A stretch of DNA of 64,000 bases, from positions 33,629-97,628 of the forward strand of contig JAEOTB010000010.1 of NCBI GenBank assembly GCA_016840065.1, written 5' to 3'. The stretch comes from Candidatus Hermodarchaeota archaeon. GTDB taxonomy: Archaea; Asgardarchaeota; Hermodarchaeia; Hermodarchaeales; Hermodarchaeaceae. The position numbers were made by a program, and so were the translations under genes. The notes under the pieces are model-generated. The model made no database searches. It had not been told where the DNA came from and worked only from the letters and a program-made list of their open reading frames with translations. Below, one piece after another: positions 47,381 to 57,983 of the stretch (position 1 is its first letter; each line of letters starts with the position of its first letter).

Positions 47381-47989
47381 TCATTTGAACTGAAGAATCT
47401 CAGAGTAGGGTCTCCGCCTTGGGCGAGATGGGTTTTCCGCGGGATAACCTAGGGTGATGAGAGCCTGCGGTTCAAGGTTTGAAGGTAATTTGAGTGTAGC
47501 TCTAACAGTTTCAGGACAAAAGAGAGGAGCACAACACCAGCAGGCACCCAATCCCTCCGCATGGGCAGCTAGAAGTATGTTCTGAATGGCAGCAGCTACG
47601 CTCTGAACCGCCAGTATCTGCTCCAACTGTTGCCTCTTCTCATCTGGATAGTCATCCATGTCCTCCATTGTCAAACACACTAACAACAATAGTGGAGCCT
47701 TTGTGAACCGTTTAACAGAGGCTGTTACAATCGCCTCTACTTCATGTGCCGTGACGCCCTCTAGCTTGAGATCATGTCGGTAAACAGCTGCCATCGCTTC
47801 AGCAAGTTTTCGCTTCGCTTCGGTTGTCTCAAGCACGACGAACCGCCATGGCTGAGTGTTATGGGCAGAAGGGGCCCAGGTTCCCGCTTTGATGATCCGG
47901 TTTACTCTTCTCCGAGAAATCGGCTGATTACCATACTTTCTGATACTCTGACGCTTTGACACAATCATGTAAAAATCCTGCATACCCAT
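47381..47989 (-). CDS. Nitroreductase-family protein, FbiB C-terminal-domain-like
   Basis: RQSIRKY, APSAHNTQPWRF, GLGACWCCAPLFCP; located upstream of cofD. Confidence 0.85.
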   Translation of the reverse strand: MGMQDFYMIVSKRQSIRKYGNQPISRRRVNRIIKAGTWAPSAHNTQPWRFVVLETTEAKRKLAEAMAAVYRHDLKLEGVTAHEVEAIVTASVKRFTKAPLLLLVCLTMEDMDDYPDEKRQQLEQILAVQSVAAAIQNILLAAHAEGLGACWCCAPLFCPETVRATLKLPSNLEPQALITLGYPAENPSRPRRRPYSEILQFK

Positions 47990-48142
47990 ACCACCATTTC
48001 GACTCCTATCAGCTATTCTCAGATATTTCATTATGAATTCTTGTTGAGCAAATGCTTAATAATGAGTTTTCCAAGACGAAATAAGGACAACTAGGTGTAT
48101 TAAGGTTATAGCCCAGCGTCCAAGATAGTAACTTAATCAGAG

Positions 48143-51100
48143 ATGGCTACAATGCGGGTAAATCAGTCGGTTTCACTTCTTTTACTAGTCGTTATTTTCT
48201 GCTCAATTCTTCCAACCCAGGGAGTTGGTAAAGGAGCTACTATTACGGAACCAAATCAGCATCCCCAAATATCTGATTCAATAGATGGTTCTCTGCCATC
48301 GCCTTCCTCTTCATCCGCCAATCAGGGCGTAGCCATCTCATCCATAACTCCACCTGCTCCTCCTGATACTCTTGAATTTACTGGCGCTCAGCGGTCAACT
48401 GAACTCCAGTGGAACCTTACCCAATCCTTCTATAATCAGAATCAGAGCTCTGCTGTTCAAGTTACCGCTAGCGGTGGGTTCCTAACACAAGAAGCGTTGA
48501 ATTTCACCCAAATTACGGTCCACAATGCGACGGTTACCATTGAAGATGACGTACTATGGTATTATGGTATTCCTAAGGATATCCCAATTTTCATGGGCTA
48601 TCAGATACGTTGGAATTCCACAGAGCGACTCGATGGGTTCTGGATGGCTTTTCGAACAGGTTCAGGAGGAAACGCTTATTATGCCGTCTATGCCGCGGAA
48701 AATGGTACTTACCCACACGCCCAACCCAACGTCTCTGCAATTATTGTACCACCGACTTTGATATCCATTCCCACACTCAGTTCTAATGATTGGGTCTGGT
48801 TTGAAACAGACGAATCCTCAGCTATACTAGATTCAGCCTCTACTTACAATAACACATTTTTTGTCTCCGTCTGGAGAACCCAAGCTCAAACAACACTCGA
48901 AATACTCGGAAATGATGATTATTTTCAAGGAATAGTGGGCCAAGACAACGTCGACGAAGGGGAAGCATATGTATCCACGACACTTTGGGATTCAGACTTC
49001 CTGCTCAAGACTGAGGTTTCTCGGAAAGAATATCCTGAAGACATCAATATGAGGGTAAACACCTATCCAGTGGCGAATAGTACAATACTTGGGGCGGGAT
49101 GGTGGGATTACGAACTTCCTTCTCCTTTTGACATGACTAGCCTCCAATCACGCTACTATGCTGTGACATCCTCATGGATTGATCTGACTTTTGATTGTGA
49201 TTGGATTGGTTGGTTCAAGAAAACTGCCAATGCCAATACAACATTCCAGATTTGGACAGATAGAACCTATACAGCTTGGAACGTTACTGTGGATGCAAAC
49301 TTTCCAGTCAGTGCGTATGATCAATTTATCATGGTAGATGTGGAACCATCTTGGACCGTTCATAACGTTACTCACGACGGCTTGAATCACACCGATTGGT
49401 CTCTTTGGTCAAACGGGGGAGCCTTCTATGTGTTGATTGATTCAGCAAGCGATGGTGAATGGATAATACATTGCACCGCATTCAACCATGTCGCGGATGT
49501 AGAGGTTCGAGACCTCGAAAATAATATCATCACAGAAACAAACGCCACTGAAATCGTAAACATTCAAGGCTACCTACAAGAGACGATAGGCACGAACATC
49601 ACCTCAGGTGACGCTTATCTCTATGTATACGACTCATATGACATCCTAAACTACACTTATAGTAGCTCTGTTCAAACGCCACCCGGAGGCATCTCGGAAT
49701 TCGAATGGATAATCAATCAGACGGTCCACACGGCAATAGTGCCTAGTGAATATACTATTCAAATCGCTTGGACGAATGGCACAGCGGCAGGAATGAACAG
49801 CACCCTCTTCACCGTGCTGCCAATGACACACTTGAAAATGATTTCGGAAACTCCCAAGCCAGGTACGGAGCTAACACGCACTCAGAAAATAGTATTCACG
49901 GCAAAATATACGACCCATGATGGGACTCCTCTAGAAGCTGCCACAATTACCGTGATAAATGACACAAATCAGGAGCCTTGGAATTCATCGGATACTACCC
50001 ACATCGGCGATGGAAAATACGTCATAGAAGTGGATGTTAACAACGCCCAGGTGGAAGTAACACATCACATCACTCTCGTGTTCAACCAGAGTTCCTACGT
50101 CGAACAGAACTACACCAGAAGCTTCGTTGTCATTACAGTCCCGTTATTTGCAGATTTAATCGAAGGATATGGATGTAGCTATGACTCTGGAGAAATGCAA
50201 TGGTTTGCATTACCCGATCCATACATCAATGATACAAGTTTACAATTTACAATAAACGTGACTGGTGCTGATGGTACAGGAGTTAGCGGGGCGCATCTAA
50301 CACCAACATTACATTGGAGTGGATTCACCAAGACATTAATTGGAGTTGACTTGTGGGAGGATACCAAATTACCTGAACACTTTGGTCTCTACAATATCAC
50401 CATAGATACTACTCCAATTCAAGGCGTTTCCTTTCACGATGGGGATGAACCCTATATCCAAGTGCTAGTAGACATGTTGGATTTCGAACTAGCTCTTACG
50501 GAACCCCTCTACATTCAACCAAAAGCGCGTCCTTGTTATATCGATGTTCAGCCAGAATTTGAAAACATCCAGTTATATTCCAATTGGACATACGCGGTTC
50601 CACTGCGTGTTATCCTTCGTGATAATATTACTTCTGAAGACTTCAGTCACGGCACTGTAACTGCTGAATTCCCTGTAATAGGCAACATCACCCTTGAACT
50701 TGCAACTCCTGGTATTGGGTTTTACGAGATTCCAGCCCTTGATACATCGACAATCCCTAGCGGAACGTATCTAGTGACTATTCGCTCCAATGCCAGCGAC
50801 TACCTTCCATCTGAAACCTATATTACGTTGACAATCCTTCAGAAGAGCACTATTAGGCATACTATAACAATCAACAGCCAGCCACCTCCTAATTTTGGTA
50901 CAGTGGTGCAGCTGGAGGCGTGGTTCTTCTTTGAGGGCGGTAGTAGTAGCACAAGGCAAGCCAGTAATCCTCTCCCTGAAGGCACAAGGGTGCTCCTAGA
51001 AATTGAGACAACCGCTGGCAACCTTGAGCCAGTAATATTGTACTTAGATATTGATGGTCATTTCGTCTACTCGTTTACCTTGGACCGTGAGGCAGTCTAC

Positions 51101-52195
51101 GAGTTCTATGTCACCGTCGAAGGATCCGAGGAGTATTCAGGCCTCAGCCGCCAATCCCTTGAGGAGAGTGAGGGGAATTCCGCTAGTGTTTCGGTTGTTC
51201 ACCCCTTCACTACATTTGTAGGTTACCTGCCTTGGATCGGGTTGGTTGCTGCTGTCGCGATAGGCAGTGTTGTAGGGTATCGACAGTTTGTCGTTCTTCC
51301 TAAACGTCAGGACCGTCGCAAGAGGCTCCAATCAATCTCTGATGCGTTCAGTGATGTAGCTAATCTCACACGGCTACTGGTTGTCCATAAGGAGAGTGGT
51401 GTATGTATATTCGAGCCCTTCGTCGACGAGAGTATGGACGCCACCCTCATGGCAGGTTTCCTCCAAGCCATCTCTACCTTTGGTGTTGATTTAGGTCAAA
51501 GTGGTGACCTTGCCGAAAAGGGTCAGGCAGCATCTGAGCTTCGAGACATAACCTACCAAGGATTCAAAATCCTCCTCCATGACGGTACATTCGTACGAAC
51601 CGCCCTAGTTCTCAGTGGCGACCCCAGCCCCCAGCTCCGAGAGCGCCTAGAAATCTTCACCTCTAAATTCGAAGAACAATACAAAGGCTACTTTGACCAC
51701 TGGACCGGACGTATCGACCAATTCAACAGCGCAAGCCACCTTGTTGAAGAAATCTTTGTAGTATCACTACGGCTCCCCCATCGAGTAGCTCCTAGACGTC
51801 CCCGAGGTGTTTCATTATCAGATCTTGAGAACCGCCTTTACAAGATTGCCAAGGAGCTCACTAAGGATCGTGAATACCTCTTCTTAGGACAAATAGCAGA
51901 CACATACTTAGCGGCTGCAAAAGAAGACAAACTAGAAGTGTTCATGGCCCTCTTTGTGCTGCGCCAAAAAACCCTCCTCATTCCTTGGAAAATAAAGCCA
52001 TCTCTCCAAGGTGAACTACCCTTCCCTGAGACAACAACCGCTGATACTGAACCCGAAGATGTTCTACTACCACAACCTCCGTCCGCGCCCGAAGACGCCC
52101 CACCAGAACAACCGTCAGAGAAGGAGAGTCAAGAGAATAGTGAAACCTCACCTCCGTTTCCTCCATTCGAAGACCAAGAAACAGATCCTGAATGA
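48143..52195 (+). CDS. Large single-pass surface protein with Ig-like ectodomain and cytoplasmic longin-like domain
   Basis: Signal peptide, many NxS/T sites, TM near aa 1030, then LLVVHKESGVCIF...LMAGFLQAISTFG. Confidence 0.85.
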   Translation: MATMRVNQSVSLLLLVVIFCSILPTQGVGKGATITEPNQHPQISDSIDGSLPSPSSSSANQGVAISSITPPAPPDTLEFTGAQRSTELQWNLTQSFYNQNQSSAVQVTASGGFLTQEALNFTQITVHNATVTIEDDVLWYYGIPKDIPIFMGYQIRWNSTERLDGFWMAFRTGSGGNAYYAVYAAENGTYPHAQPNVSAIIVPPTLISIPTLSSNDWVWFETDESSAILDSASTYNNTFFVSVWRTQAQTTLEILGNDDYFQGIVGQDNVDEGEAYVSTTLWDSDFLLKTEVSRKEYPEDINMRVNTYPVANSTILGAGWWDYELPSPFDMTSLQSRYYAVTSSWIDLTFDCDWIGWFKKTANANTTFQIWTDRTYTAWNVTVDANFPVSAYDQFIMVDVEPSWTVHNVTHDGLNHTDWSLWSNGGAFYVLIDSASDGEWIIHCTAFNHVADVEVRDLENNIITETNATEIVNIQGYLQETIGTNITSGDAYLYVYDSYDILNYTYSSSVQTPPGGISEFEWIINQTVHTAIVPSEYTIQIAWTNGTAAGMNSTLFTVLPMTHLKMISETPKPGTELTRTQKIVFTAKYTTHDGTPLEAATITVINDTNQEPWNSSDTTHIGDGKYVIEVDVNNAQVEVTHHITLVFNQSSYVEQNYTRSFVVITVPLFADLIEGYGCSYDSGEMQWFALPDPYINDTSLQFTINVTGADGTGVSGAHLTPTLHWSGFTKTLIGVDLWEDTKLPEHFGLYNITIDTTPIQGVSFHDGDEPYIQVLVDMLDFELALTEPLYIQPKARPCYIDVQPEFENIQLYSNWTYAVPLRVILRDNITSEDFSHGTVTAEFPVIGNITLELATPGIGFYEIPALDTSTIPSGTYLVTIRSNASDYLPSETYITLTILQKSTIRHTITINSQPPPNFGTVVQLEAWFFFEGGSSSTRQASNPLPEGTRVLLEIETTAGNLEPVILYLDIDGHFVYSFTLDREAVYEFYVTVEGSEEYSGLSRQSLEESEGNSASVSVVHPFTTFVGYLPWIGLVAAVAIGSVVGYRQFVVLPKRQDRRKRLQSISDAFSDVANLTRLLVVHKESGVCIFEPFVDESMDATLMAGFLQAISTFGVDLGQSGDLAEKGQAASELRDITYQGFKILLHDGTFVRTALVLSGDPSPQLRERLEIFTSKFEEQYKGYFDHWTGRIDQFNSASHLVEEIFVVSLRLPHRVAPRRPRGVSLSDLENRLYKIAKELTKDREYLFLGQIADTYLAAAKEDKLEVFMALFVLRQKTLLIPWKIKPSLQGELPFPETTTADTEPEDVLLPQPPSAPEDAPPEQPSEKESQENSETSPPFPPFEDQETDPE

Positions 52196-52256
52196 ATCCT
52201 CAGAAAAATCCAGCTGAACAAGTCTACAACAGGAAGTGCCCAAAAGAAGAGAAAAA

Positions 52257-52331
52257 TGGAGCCGAGGCAGGGATTTGAACCCTGATAGATCAGCTCTGCA
52301 GGCTGACGCGTAGCCACTCCGCCACCTCGGC
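52257..52331 (-). tRNA. tRNA-Cys(GCA), intronless, CCA encoded
   Basis: GCCGAGG acceptor stem, TCAGC-CTGCAGA-GCTGA anticodon arm, GTTCAAATC T-loop, ending TCCA. Confidence 0.96.
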
Positions 52332-52447
52332 GACGATTTCACTATTGATAGGATGTAATGGATTTTGATAATCTTTGTGTTTTTTGGTCTTTCGGTATGC
52401 ATATTTTTAAAGATAGCTTAATGATGGAGAAGTGGTTGCTGTTTAAT

Positions 52448-53722
52448 TTGCCTGGCTCGACTGAAACCTCCTTGAAAACCGTGCTTGTGGTTAGCGATGG
52501 ATTAGGTGACCATCCAATCCCAAGCTTGAGAGGAAAAACCCCCTTAGAGGCTGCACGCACACCAACTCTTGACAAGTTGGCAGATGAAGGCACGACAGGT
52601 CTAGTTCATGTTATCGCTCCTGGTATACCGCCTGGAAGTGACGCCGGCCACCTTGCACTTCTAGGATATGACCCTAAAAGTTGCTATACTGGGCGCGGCG
52701 CATTCGAAGCCCTAGGGGCTGGAATCAGTCTCCAACCTACAGATATTGCTTTTCGCGGAAACTTCGCAACAGTACAGAGCACACGAGGTAAGGAATTAAG
52801 GATTTTAGATCGCCGAGCTGGCCGCCATGTTCCTGAAGGCGACGAACTAGCAAAACTCGTCAATAGACTTTCCCTCCCCAGCTCACCCGATATTGAGGTA
52901 ATCGTAAAACGTACAGCGGAGCATAGATGCGTGGTTATATTGCGTGGAGCCAATCTTTCCCAAAAAATCGGTGACACGGATAGCCACAGTCGCAGCGATT
53001 ATGTGCAAAAATCAATCCCCCTAGATTCCTCAGAAGCTGCGCAGTACACCGCCTCAGTCGTGAACGAGCTAACAAGGGAATTTCATCGGATTCTCTCAGC
53101 TAGCCCAATCAACGCTGAACGCCGCAAATCTGATCTACCTGAAGCGAATATCGTGCTCTTGCGAGGGGCAGGAACTTTACCAGAGATATCTTCTCTCAAA
53201 GATCTCTACGGGATTCGAGCAGCCTGTGTTGCAGGGGGCGCGCTCTACAAAGGCGTAGCAAGAAGCGTTGGAATGGATATCCTCCCTGTTCCGGGCGCAA
53301 CAGCTGGCTATGATACCAATGCAGAAGCCAAAGCAAAAGCGGCTGCAAAAACGCTTAGCAAACACGATTTTGTATTTCTTCATTTCAAACCGACAGACAG
53401 CGCTGCCCACGATAAAAACCCTCAAAAGAAAATCGAGATGACAGAGAAGCTAGACCACCTTCTATCAACACTGCAATCTGCAATTGATAGAGAGAACACC
53501 TTAATCGCAATCACATCAGATCACAGTACCTCCAGCCTTACAGGCAAACACATTGGAGACCCAGTTCCTCTACTCATCAACGGTCCCAGAGTACGCAATG
53601 ATGTAGTTACTCGATTCTCCGAGCGTGCATGTGCCAACGGTGGTCTAGGTCATATAGTTGGTAAGGATTTGATGCCAATCCTGATGAACTATGTCGGTCG
53701 AACACCAAAATATGGTGCCTGA
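52448..53722 (+). CDS. apgM: 2,3-bisphosphoglycerate-independent phosphoglycerate mutase
   Basis: DGLGD, KTPLEAA, PGSDAGHL, DSAAHD, TSDHST. Confidence 0.95.
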   Translation: MPGSTETSLKTVLVVSDGLGDHPIPSLRGKTPLEAARTPTLDKLADEGTTGLVHVIAPGIPPGSDAGHLALLGYDPKSCYTGRGAFEALGAGISLQPTDIAFRGNFATVQSTRGKELRILDRRAGRHVPEGDELAKLVNRLSLPSSPDIEVIVKRTAEHRCVVILRGANLSQKIGDTDSHSRSDYVQKSIPLDSSEAAQYTASVVNELTREFHRILSASPINAERRKSDLPEANIVLLRGAGTLPEISSLKDLYGIRAACVAGGALYKGVARSVGMDILPVPGATAGYDTNAEAKAKAAAKTLSKHDFVFLHFKPTDSAAHDKNPQKKIEMTEKLDHLLSTLQSAIDRENTLIAITSDHSTSSLTGKHIGDPVPLLINGPRVRNDVVTRFSERACANGGLGHIVGKDLMPILMNYVGRTPKYGA

Positions 53723-53819
53723 TTCTAGCCTCAACCCATTTTGACCTGAAGTAGTCACCGAATAACACAAGCCTTTAAGGCAACCTAGGGTGAATAAACG
53801 AACTTCAGGTGCTTACACC

Positions 53820-54167
53820 ATGGCAAGAAATCGTGATCTAATCTTTGCTGGTTTCCTACTTTGCCTCCTCGGGGCACTTGCTGCACTTTTCGACGGATTA
53901 CTCGGTATGGTGAATTACCTCACCCCACCAACCAACTGGAACAACATGAACCCACTCATCAACGGAATTGTCCTTCTTGTTCTAGGTATTGTCTCGCTTA
54001 TCTTGACTCTTCGAGCGAGAAGAGTTCGAGAAATCCTATTTCCCATCCTACTGTTAATCTTCGGCATCGTCATCATAGTCTTTGCTGGTATTGGTCTCAA
54101 CTTGGGTTTCCTTGGCGGGATTCTAATCCTCATCGGTTCTATACTGTTCCTAGCAGCACGTTCCTAG
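53820..54167 (+). CDS. Small 4-TM membrane protein
   Basis: Hydrophobic; paralogue of the next gene (GFLL, RVR/AVR..FP, GGILI). Confidence 0.8.
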   Translation: MARNRDLIFAGFLLCLLGALAALFDGLLGMVNYLTPPTNWNNMNPLINGIVLLVLGIVSLILTLRARRVREILFPILLLIFGIVIIVFAGIGLNLGFLGGILILIGSILFLAARS

Positions 54168-54256
54168 CCCCTATCAAAGGCAGATTTAGCTCCTATCACT
54201 CCTACGTGAAGTTCTCCGCCGTGTAGGTGAGAACGGGCAGTATATTGATAGGGGCT
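54166..54256. repeat. 12-bp inverted repeat enclosing an internal hairpin (possible structured RNA or terminator)
   Basis: agcccctatcaa (54166-54177) / ttgataggggct (54245-54256); inner gttctc...gagaac; followed by a T-rich tract. Confidence 0.7.
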
Positions 54257-54324
54257 CGCCCTTTTCTTTTCCGTGAGCTGCACAAGAGTTTAAGGGAGCT
54301 AATAATAGGGGGAGTGGGTGATAA

Positions 54325-54684
54325 TTGTTGACTCGTAGCTCAATCCACTCGATGCGCTTTGTAGGTTTTCTGCTCAGCGTTATTGGCGCTATCCTAGTTA
54401 TTCTATACGCAGCCTTTGGTTTACTAGACGCTTTGAACCATCTACTTCATCCTTCGAACCCAGATATAGCCCCTATGATTACCATTGTCCTCCTCTTCGT
54501 TTTAGCAATCATCTCAATAATTCTTGCTTTACGGATGCGCGCTGTACGAGATTCCTTTTTCCCACTTGTTCTCATAATCGTCGCTGTCATAATGATGTGG
54601 AGAACCGGATTCTCGCTCATTCCCATAATTGGCGGCATCTTGATTATAATAGGTGCAATCTTGGTTCTAACAGCAAGGAAATAA
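54325..54684 (+). CDS. Small 4-TM membrane protein (paralogue)
   Basis: Hydrophobic and similar to the upstream gene. Confidence 0.8.
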   Translation: MLTRSSIHSMRFVGFLLSVIGAILVILYAAFGLLDALNHLLHPSNPDIAPMITIVLLFVLAIISIILALRMRAVRDSFFPLVLIIVAVIMMWRTGFSLIPIIGGILIIIGAILVLTARK

Positions 54685-54805
54685 CACCTCATTTATCAAA
54701 TAACAGATAACCATCTAATGCCTGCAGGAACGCTTCCACTTTCAGAAAGAATTCTGAATATTCAGTGTTAAGTGCTGTCCTTCATATGATGGCTCTGAAT
54801 GGAGG

Positions 54806-56341
54806 CTACAACACGGGTATCCAGGGCCAAATGTAGAAAGCCAGAATCAGAGTGATGAAAAGACTGAGGAGGTTCAGCAAAAAGCCTGTGGTAATCATGT
54901 CCCGCATAGACACACGGTCAGTACTATAGGCGATAGCGTTTGGTGGAGTACCCATGGGTAGCATGAAGTCGATACCTGAACTGATTGCTACCAGAACAGT
55001 GAACACCACAAGAAGCGGCGTATCCGCACTACCACCTACAGCCACTGCCAAGTTCATCGCGATAGGCATAAAGAGCGCCGCACTCACGGTGTTACTTGCA
55101 ACCATGCTGAAGGCCAATGTTCCCACACTTAACAAAACTACGATTCCTACATAGCCGACGAAGGGTTGTAATGACAGAATGTTATTTGTCAATAGAGCGG
55201 CTAACCCAGAGTCTTGTAAGGCGGCGCCGAGACCGAGACCACCTCCTATCAGAAGTAGGGTATTCCAGTCAACTCGGCTGACATCTTCCCTCTTCAGTAA
55301 TCCAGTTGCGAACAATGCAACAGCCACGGCTAGCGACACCATGGAAGAACTCAGGGGATGGAATTTCTCTGTAAGCCAAAGTACAACCGCGACCAAGAAG
55401 ATGGTGAAAGTACCCTTCTGCCAACCAGTGAAGTCTCGGGAGGCCGGCTCGACAATCGGGATTTTGGTAACTTCAGTGGGATATCGAAGAAACAGTAATC
55501 CCCACGCTACAAAGATGACAATAACAGCCAAAGGCAAACCGTAAAGGCTCCACCCCAGAAAGGATACTGTTCTAGGCGTACTAGCTAGAAAGGCTGCGGC
55601 AAGAGCGTTCGGCGGGCTCCCAATCAACGTCATGAACCCACCAAGTGAAGCCGCGTAAGCCACACCCAACACCATAATCTTCTGTAGGTTCCCACGAGGG
55701 TCTACTACACGATTAGCCACAGGAATCGCTACTGTCATCATAAGTGCAGCTGAAGCTGTGTTGCTGATCCAGCAAGATAGAAACGCAGTGGCTAGCATCA
55801 TTCCTAGCACAACCCTGCGAGGCTTTGTTCCCAGTCGACGAAGAATAGCAGCTCCAAGCTTATCATCTAAATCATGCTTGTCGACAGCAAGAGCTAGGAA
55901 AAATCCACCCAAAAGCAACACAACTATTGGATCGAAGAATGACGACAGTGCATCAGAAAACCCTCGAATTCCAAGCAAAGGCTGAAGTAGCGCAATTAAT
56001 AATGAGGTAGCACCAAGCGCCATTGATTCGGTTATCCAGAGGGCGGCTGCTAGAACCAGTAAAACCAAGGCCATCCTGAGCTGCCAACCAAGAGTGCCAG
56101 TCAGGAAATATACCACAAGGGCGACACAAATACTGGCAACTAATTTCACCAAGTTACGGGTAGGTCTCCACTTTGGATGGACTACATACCCCTCCTGTTG
56201 TGTTCTAGCCCGTTCTTTTTCCTTAGGAGGCCACGTCTCTTCCTTTTCCAAAATTGGCACCCATACCCTCTTTCTAAAGTCAACGTTTCTCAAGTTGATC
56301 AAATGTGATAATCTGGCAATTTTCCTGTTCCAATAATTCAC
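54806..56341 (-). CDS. DASS/SLC13 anion transporter
   Basis: WISNTASA, IGSPPNA, ASNTVSA, PMGTPPNAIAY. Confidence 0.93.
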   Translation of the reverse strand: MNYWNRKIARLSHLINLRNVDFRKRVWVPILEKEETWPPKEKERARTQQEGYVVHPKWRPTRNLVKLVASICVALVVYFLTGTLGWQLRMALVLLVLAAALWITESMALGATSLLIALLQPLLGIRGFSDALSSFFDPIVVLLLGGFFLALAVDKHDLDDKLGAAILRRLGTKPRRVVLGMMLATAFLSCWISNTASAALMMTVAIPVANRVVDPRGNLQKIMVLGVAYAASLGGFMTLIGSPPNALAAAFLASTPRTVSFLGWSLYGLPLAVIVIFVAWGLLFLRYPTEVTKIPIVEPASRDFTGWQKGTFTIFLVAVVLWLTEKFHPLSSSMVSLAVAVALFATGLLKREDVSRVDWNTLLLIGGGLGLGAALQDSGLAALLTNNILSLQPFVGYVGIVVLLSVGTLAFSMVASNTVSAALFMPIAMNLAVAVGGSADTPLLVVFTVLVAISSGIDFMLPMGTPPNAIAYSTDRVSMRDMITTGFLLNLLSLFITLILAFYIWPWIPVL

Positions 56342-56748
56342 GAAACATGCTTTCGAATCTAAACAGATCCTTAGCGTTCACCAAGGCATGAAGTACGGCT
56401 AGTGAAGGATACTGAAGTTTTTGAGCCATTCTGAATGGTGGAACAACAAGGGTTGCGCTGAAATCAGCATCTAGGTCTGAAGATGATAATTTTTCACCGA
56501 GTTTGGATACGATTTGGCGAAGCAATAGATTGCCGCGGATAATAATCTCGATACACTTTTGCTGACCCATAAGGCATATCTCCTAGTATTGATGTTCTCA
56601 CGTTAATTCTTCCTTAAGAAAAAGGCGTTGCTTTTCTCATAACTGTCTGCGATTCGGTTTGGTTTGGAATATTGACTGTGAGTAAGGTATATAGACGACT
56701 CGTTAAGGTAAATATTTGGTGCGGCTAGTATAAACACGAGGTGTTTTT

Positions 56749-57867
56749 TTGGAAAAGCACGAACGAAGAAAAATCATGAAACTCGGTAAATCCTCACTCG
56801 TCGTTTCATTACCGAAAAGCTGGGCAAGTAAATACAAGCTAGATCCTAGTTGTCATGTGATGCTCCTACCCCAACGTGACGGCTCCCTTGCCATCTACCC
56901 AGCTAAGGCTGTCAAAGATGAGCCAACCCAGGCAGAAATCACCACTAACCCTGAAGATGAGCCAGGTATCCTAGAACGACGATTAATCGCCGCTTATTTA
57001 AACAACTTTAGCCGAATTCACATCAAATCCACTGGAGTCTTAACACCAGAACAGCAGACACTGGTCCGTAAGCGTGTCCGAATGCTCACTGGTCTGCAAA
57101 TCATCGACGCATCAACAACCGAAATTCTCATCCAATCCCTCATGCAGTTAAACCAACTAGATATCCAGAAAAGTATGCGTCTAGCCCATCGCATCACATC
57201 AACTATGTGCGTTGATGCTCTGACAGCGCTTCAGATGCGTGATTCCGAACTAGCTCAAACAGTCATTGGATTAGACGAGGATGTTAATCAGTTCTATTTC
57301 TTGGTCTTCAAGCAGCTCCGTGCTGCTCTCCTTGACCCGCGTTTCATGAATGAACTTGGTATTGACTCAATCGACTCTCTGACTTATATGATGTTCATTC
57401 AGCGGGTCGAGAATGTAGCTGACCACGCGAAAGCTATCGCTACAGCTGTTACCACTCTCGGTGCGGAAGAATGTCCGAAGGATCTTCTCAACCTCGCTCT
57501 CAAGTGTGGTAACCAGGTCCACCAAGCTTATACAACCGCTGCTGAGGCTCTGCTCTCTGGCGACGATGAAGGCGCTAACCGTGTAATCAATGAAGAAAGT
57601 ACCTTCTTACCTATGCGCCAACAGGCAGAACAACTCATGGAGCAAACCTTGGTCAAACTATGTGAAGAAATGCTCCCCTCCCTCACACCAGAAAGCTGTG
57701 CCCTTTTCGGTCCAAGGCAAAAAGCCATGTTCTGTCTCGAAAGCATCTTCGCAGCCTTTGGCAAAATCCTCGAACATAGCTGTGCCATTGCCGAGATCGC
57801 TATTGACCGAGCCTTAGAGTACGGCACTCGATGGCCAGCCAAACCAGAAAAAGACACAGCGTCCTAG
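56749..57867 (+). CDS. AbrB-PhoU phosphate uptake regulator
   Basis: ERRKIMKLGKSSLVVSLPKSW AbrB N-terminus, ENVADHA PhoU repeats. Confidence 0.9.
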   Translation: MEKHERRKIMKLGKSSLVVSLPKSWASKYKLDPSCHVMLLPQRDGSLAIYPAKAVKDEPTQAEITTNPEDEPGILERRLIAAYLNNFSRIHIKSTGVLTPEQQTLVRKRVRMLTGLQIIDASTTEILIQSLMQLNQLDIQKSMRLAHRITSTMCVDALTALQMRDSELAQTVIGLDEDVNQFYFLVFKQLRAALLDPRFMNELGIDSIDSLTYMMFIQRVENVADHAKAIATAVTTLGAEECPKDLLNLALKCGNQVHQAYTTAAEALLSGDDEGANRVINEESTFLPMRQQAEQLMEQTLVKLCEEMLPSLTPESCALFGPRQKAMFCLESIFAAFGKILEHSCAIAEIAIDRALEYGTRWPAKPEKDTAS

Positions 57868-57983
57868 ACTGGAACCTGTCGTCTACACCTTTTCGATACC
57901 ATCGCCATTCAATCTAGGCGTGAGATTATCAAGAATGCTTAAGGGGAGGAAACCAGAAGAGGAATGGAGAGGTAATCGATACC

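Noticed and set aside
52257-52331. tRNA-Cys as an integration site
   Set aside because: Its 3' end is not duplicated in the window, and the relic at 63421 has a different acceptor sequence.
56280-56570. 96-aa minus-strand ORF upstream of the DASS gene
   Set aside because: It has no recognisable motif and overlaps the DASS start, so it cannot be supported as a gene.
57891-57910. ttcgataccatcgccat as a fourth metF-tail copy
   Set aside because: The match is short and gapped and does not extend, so it is compatible with chance.
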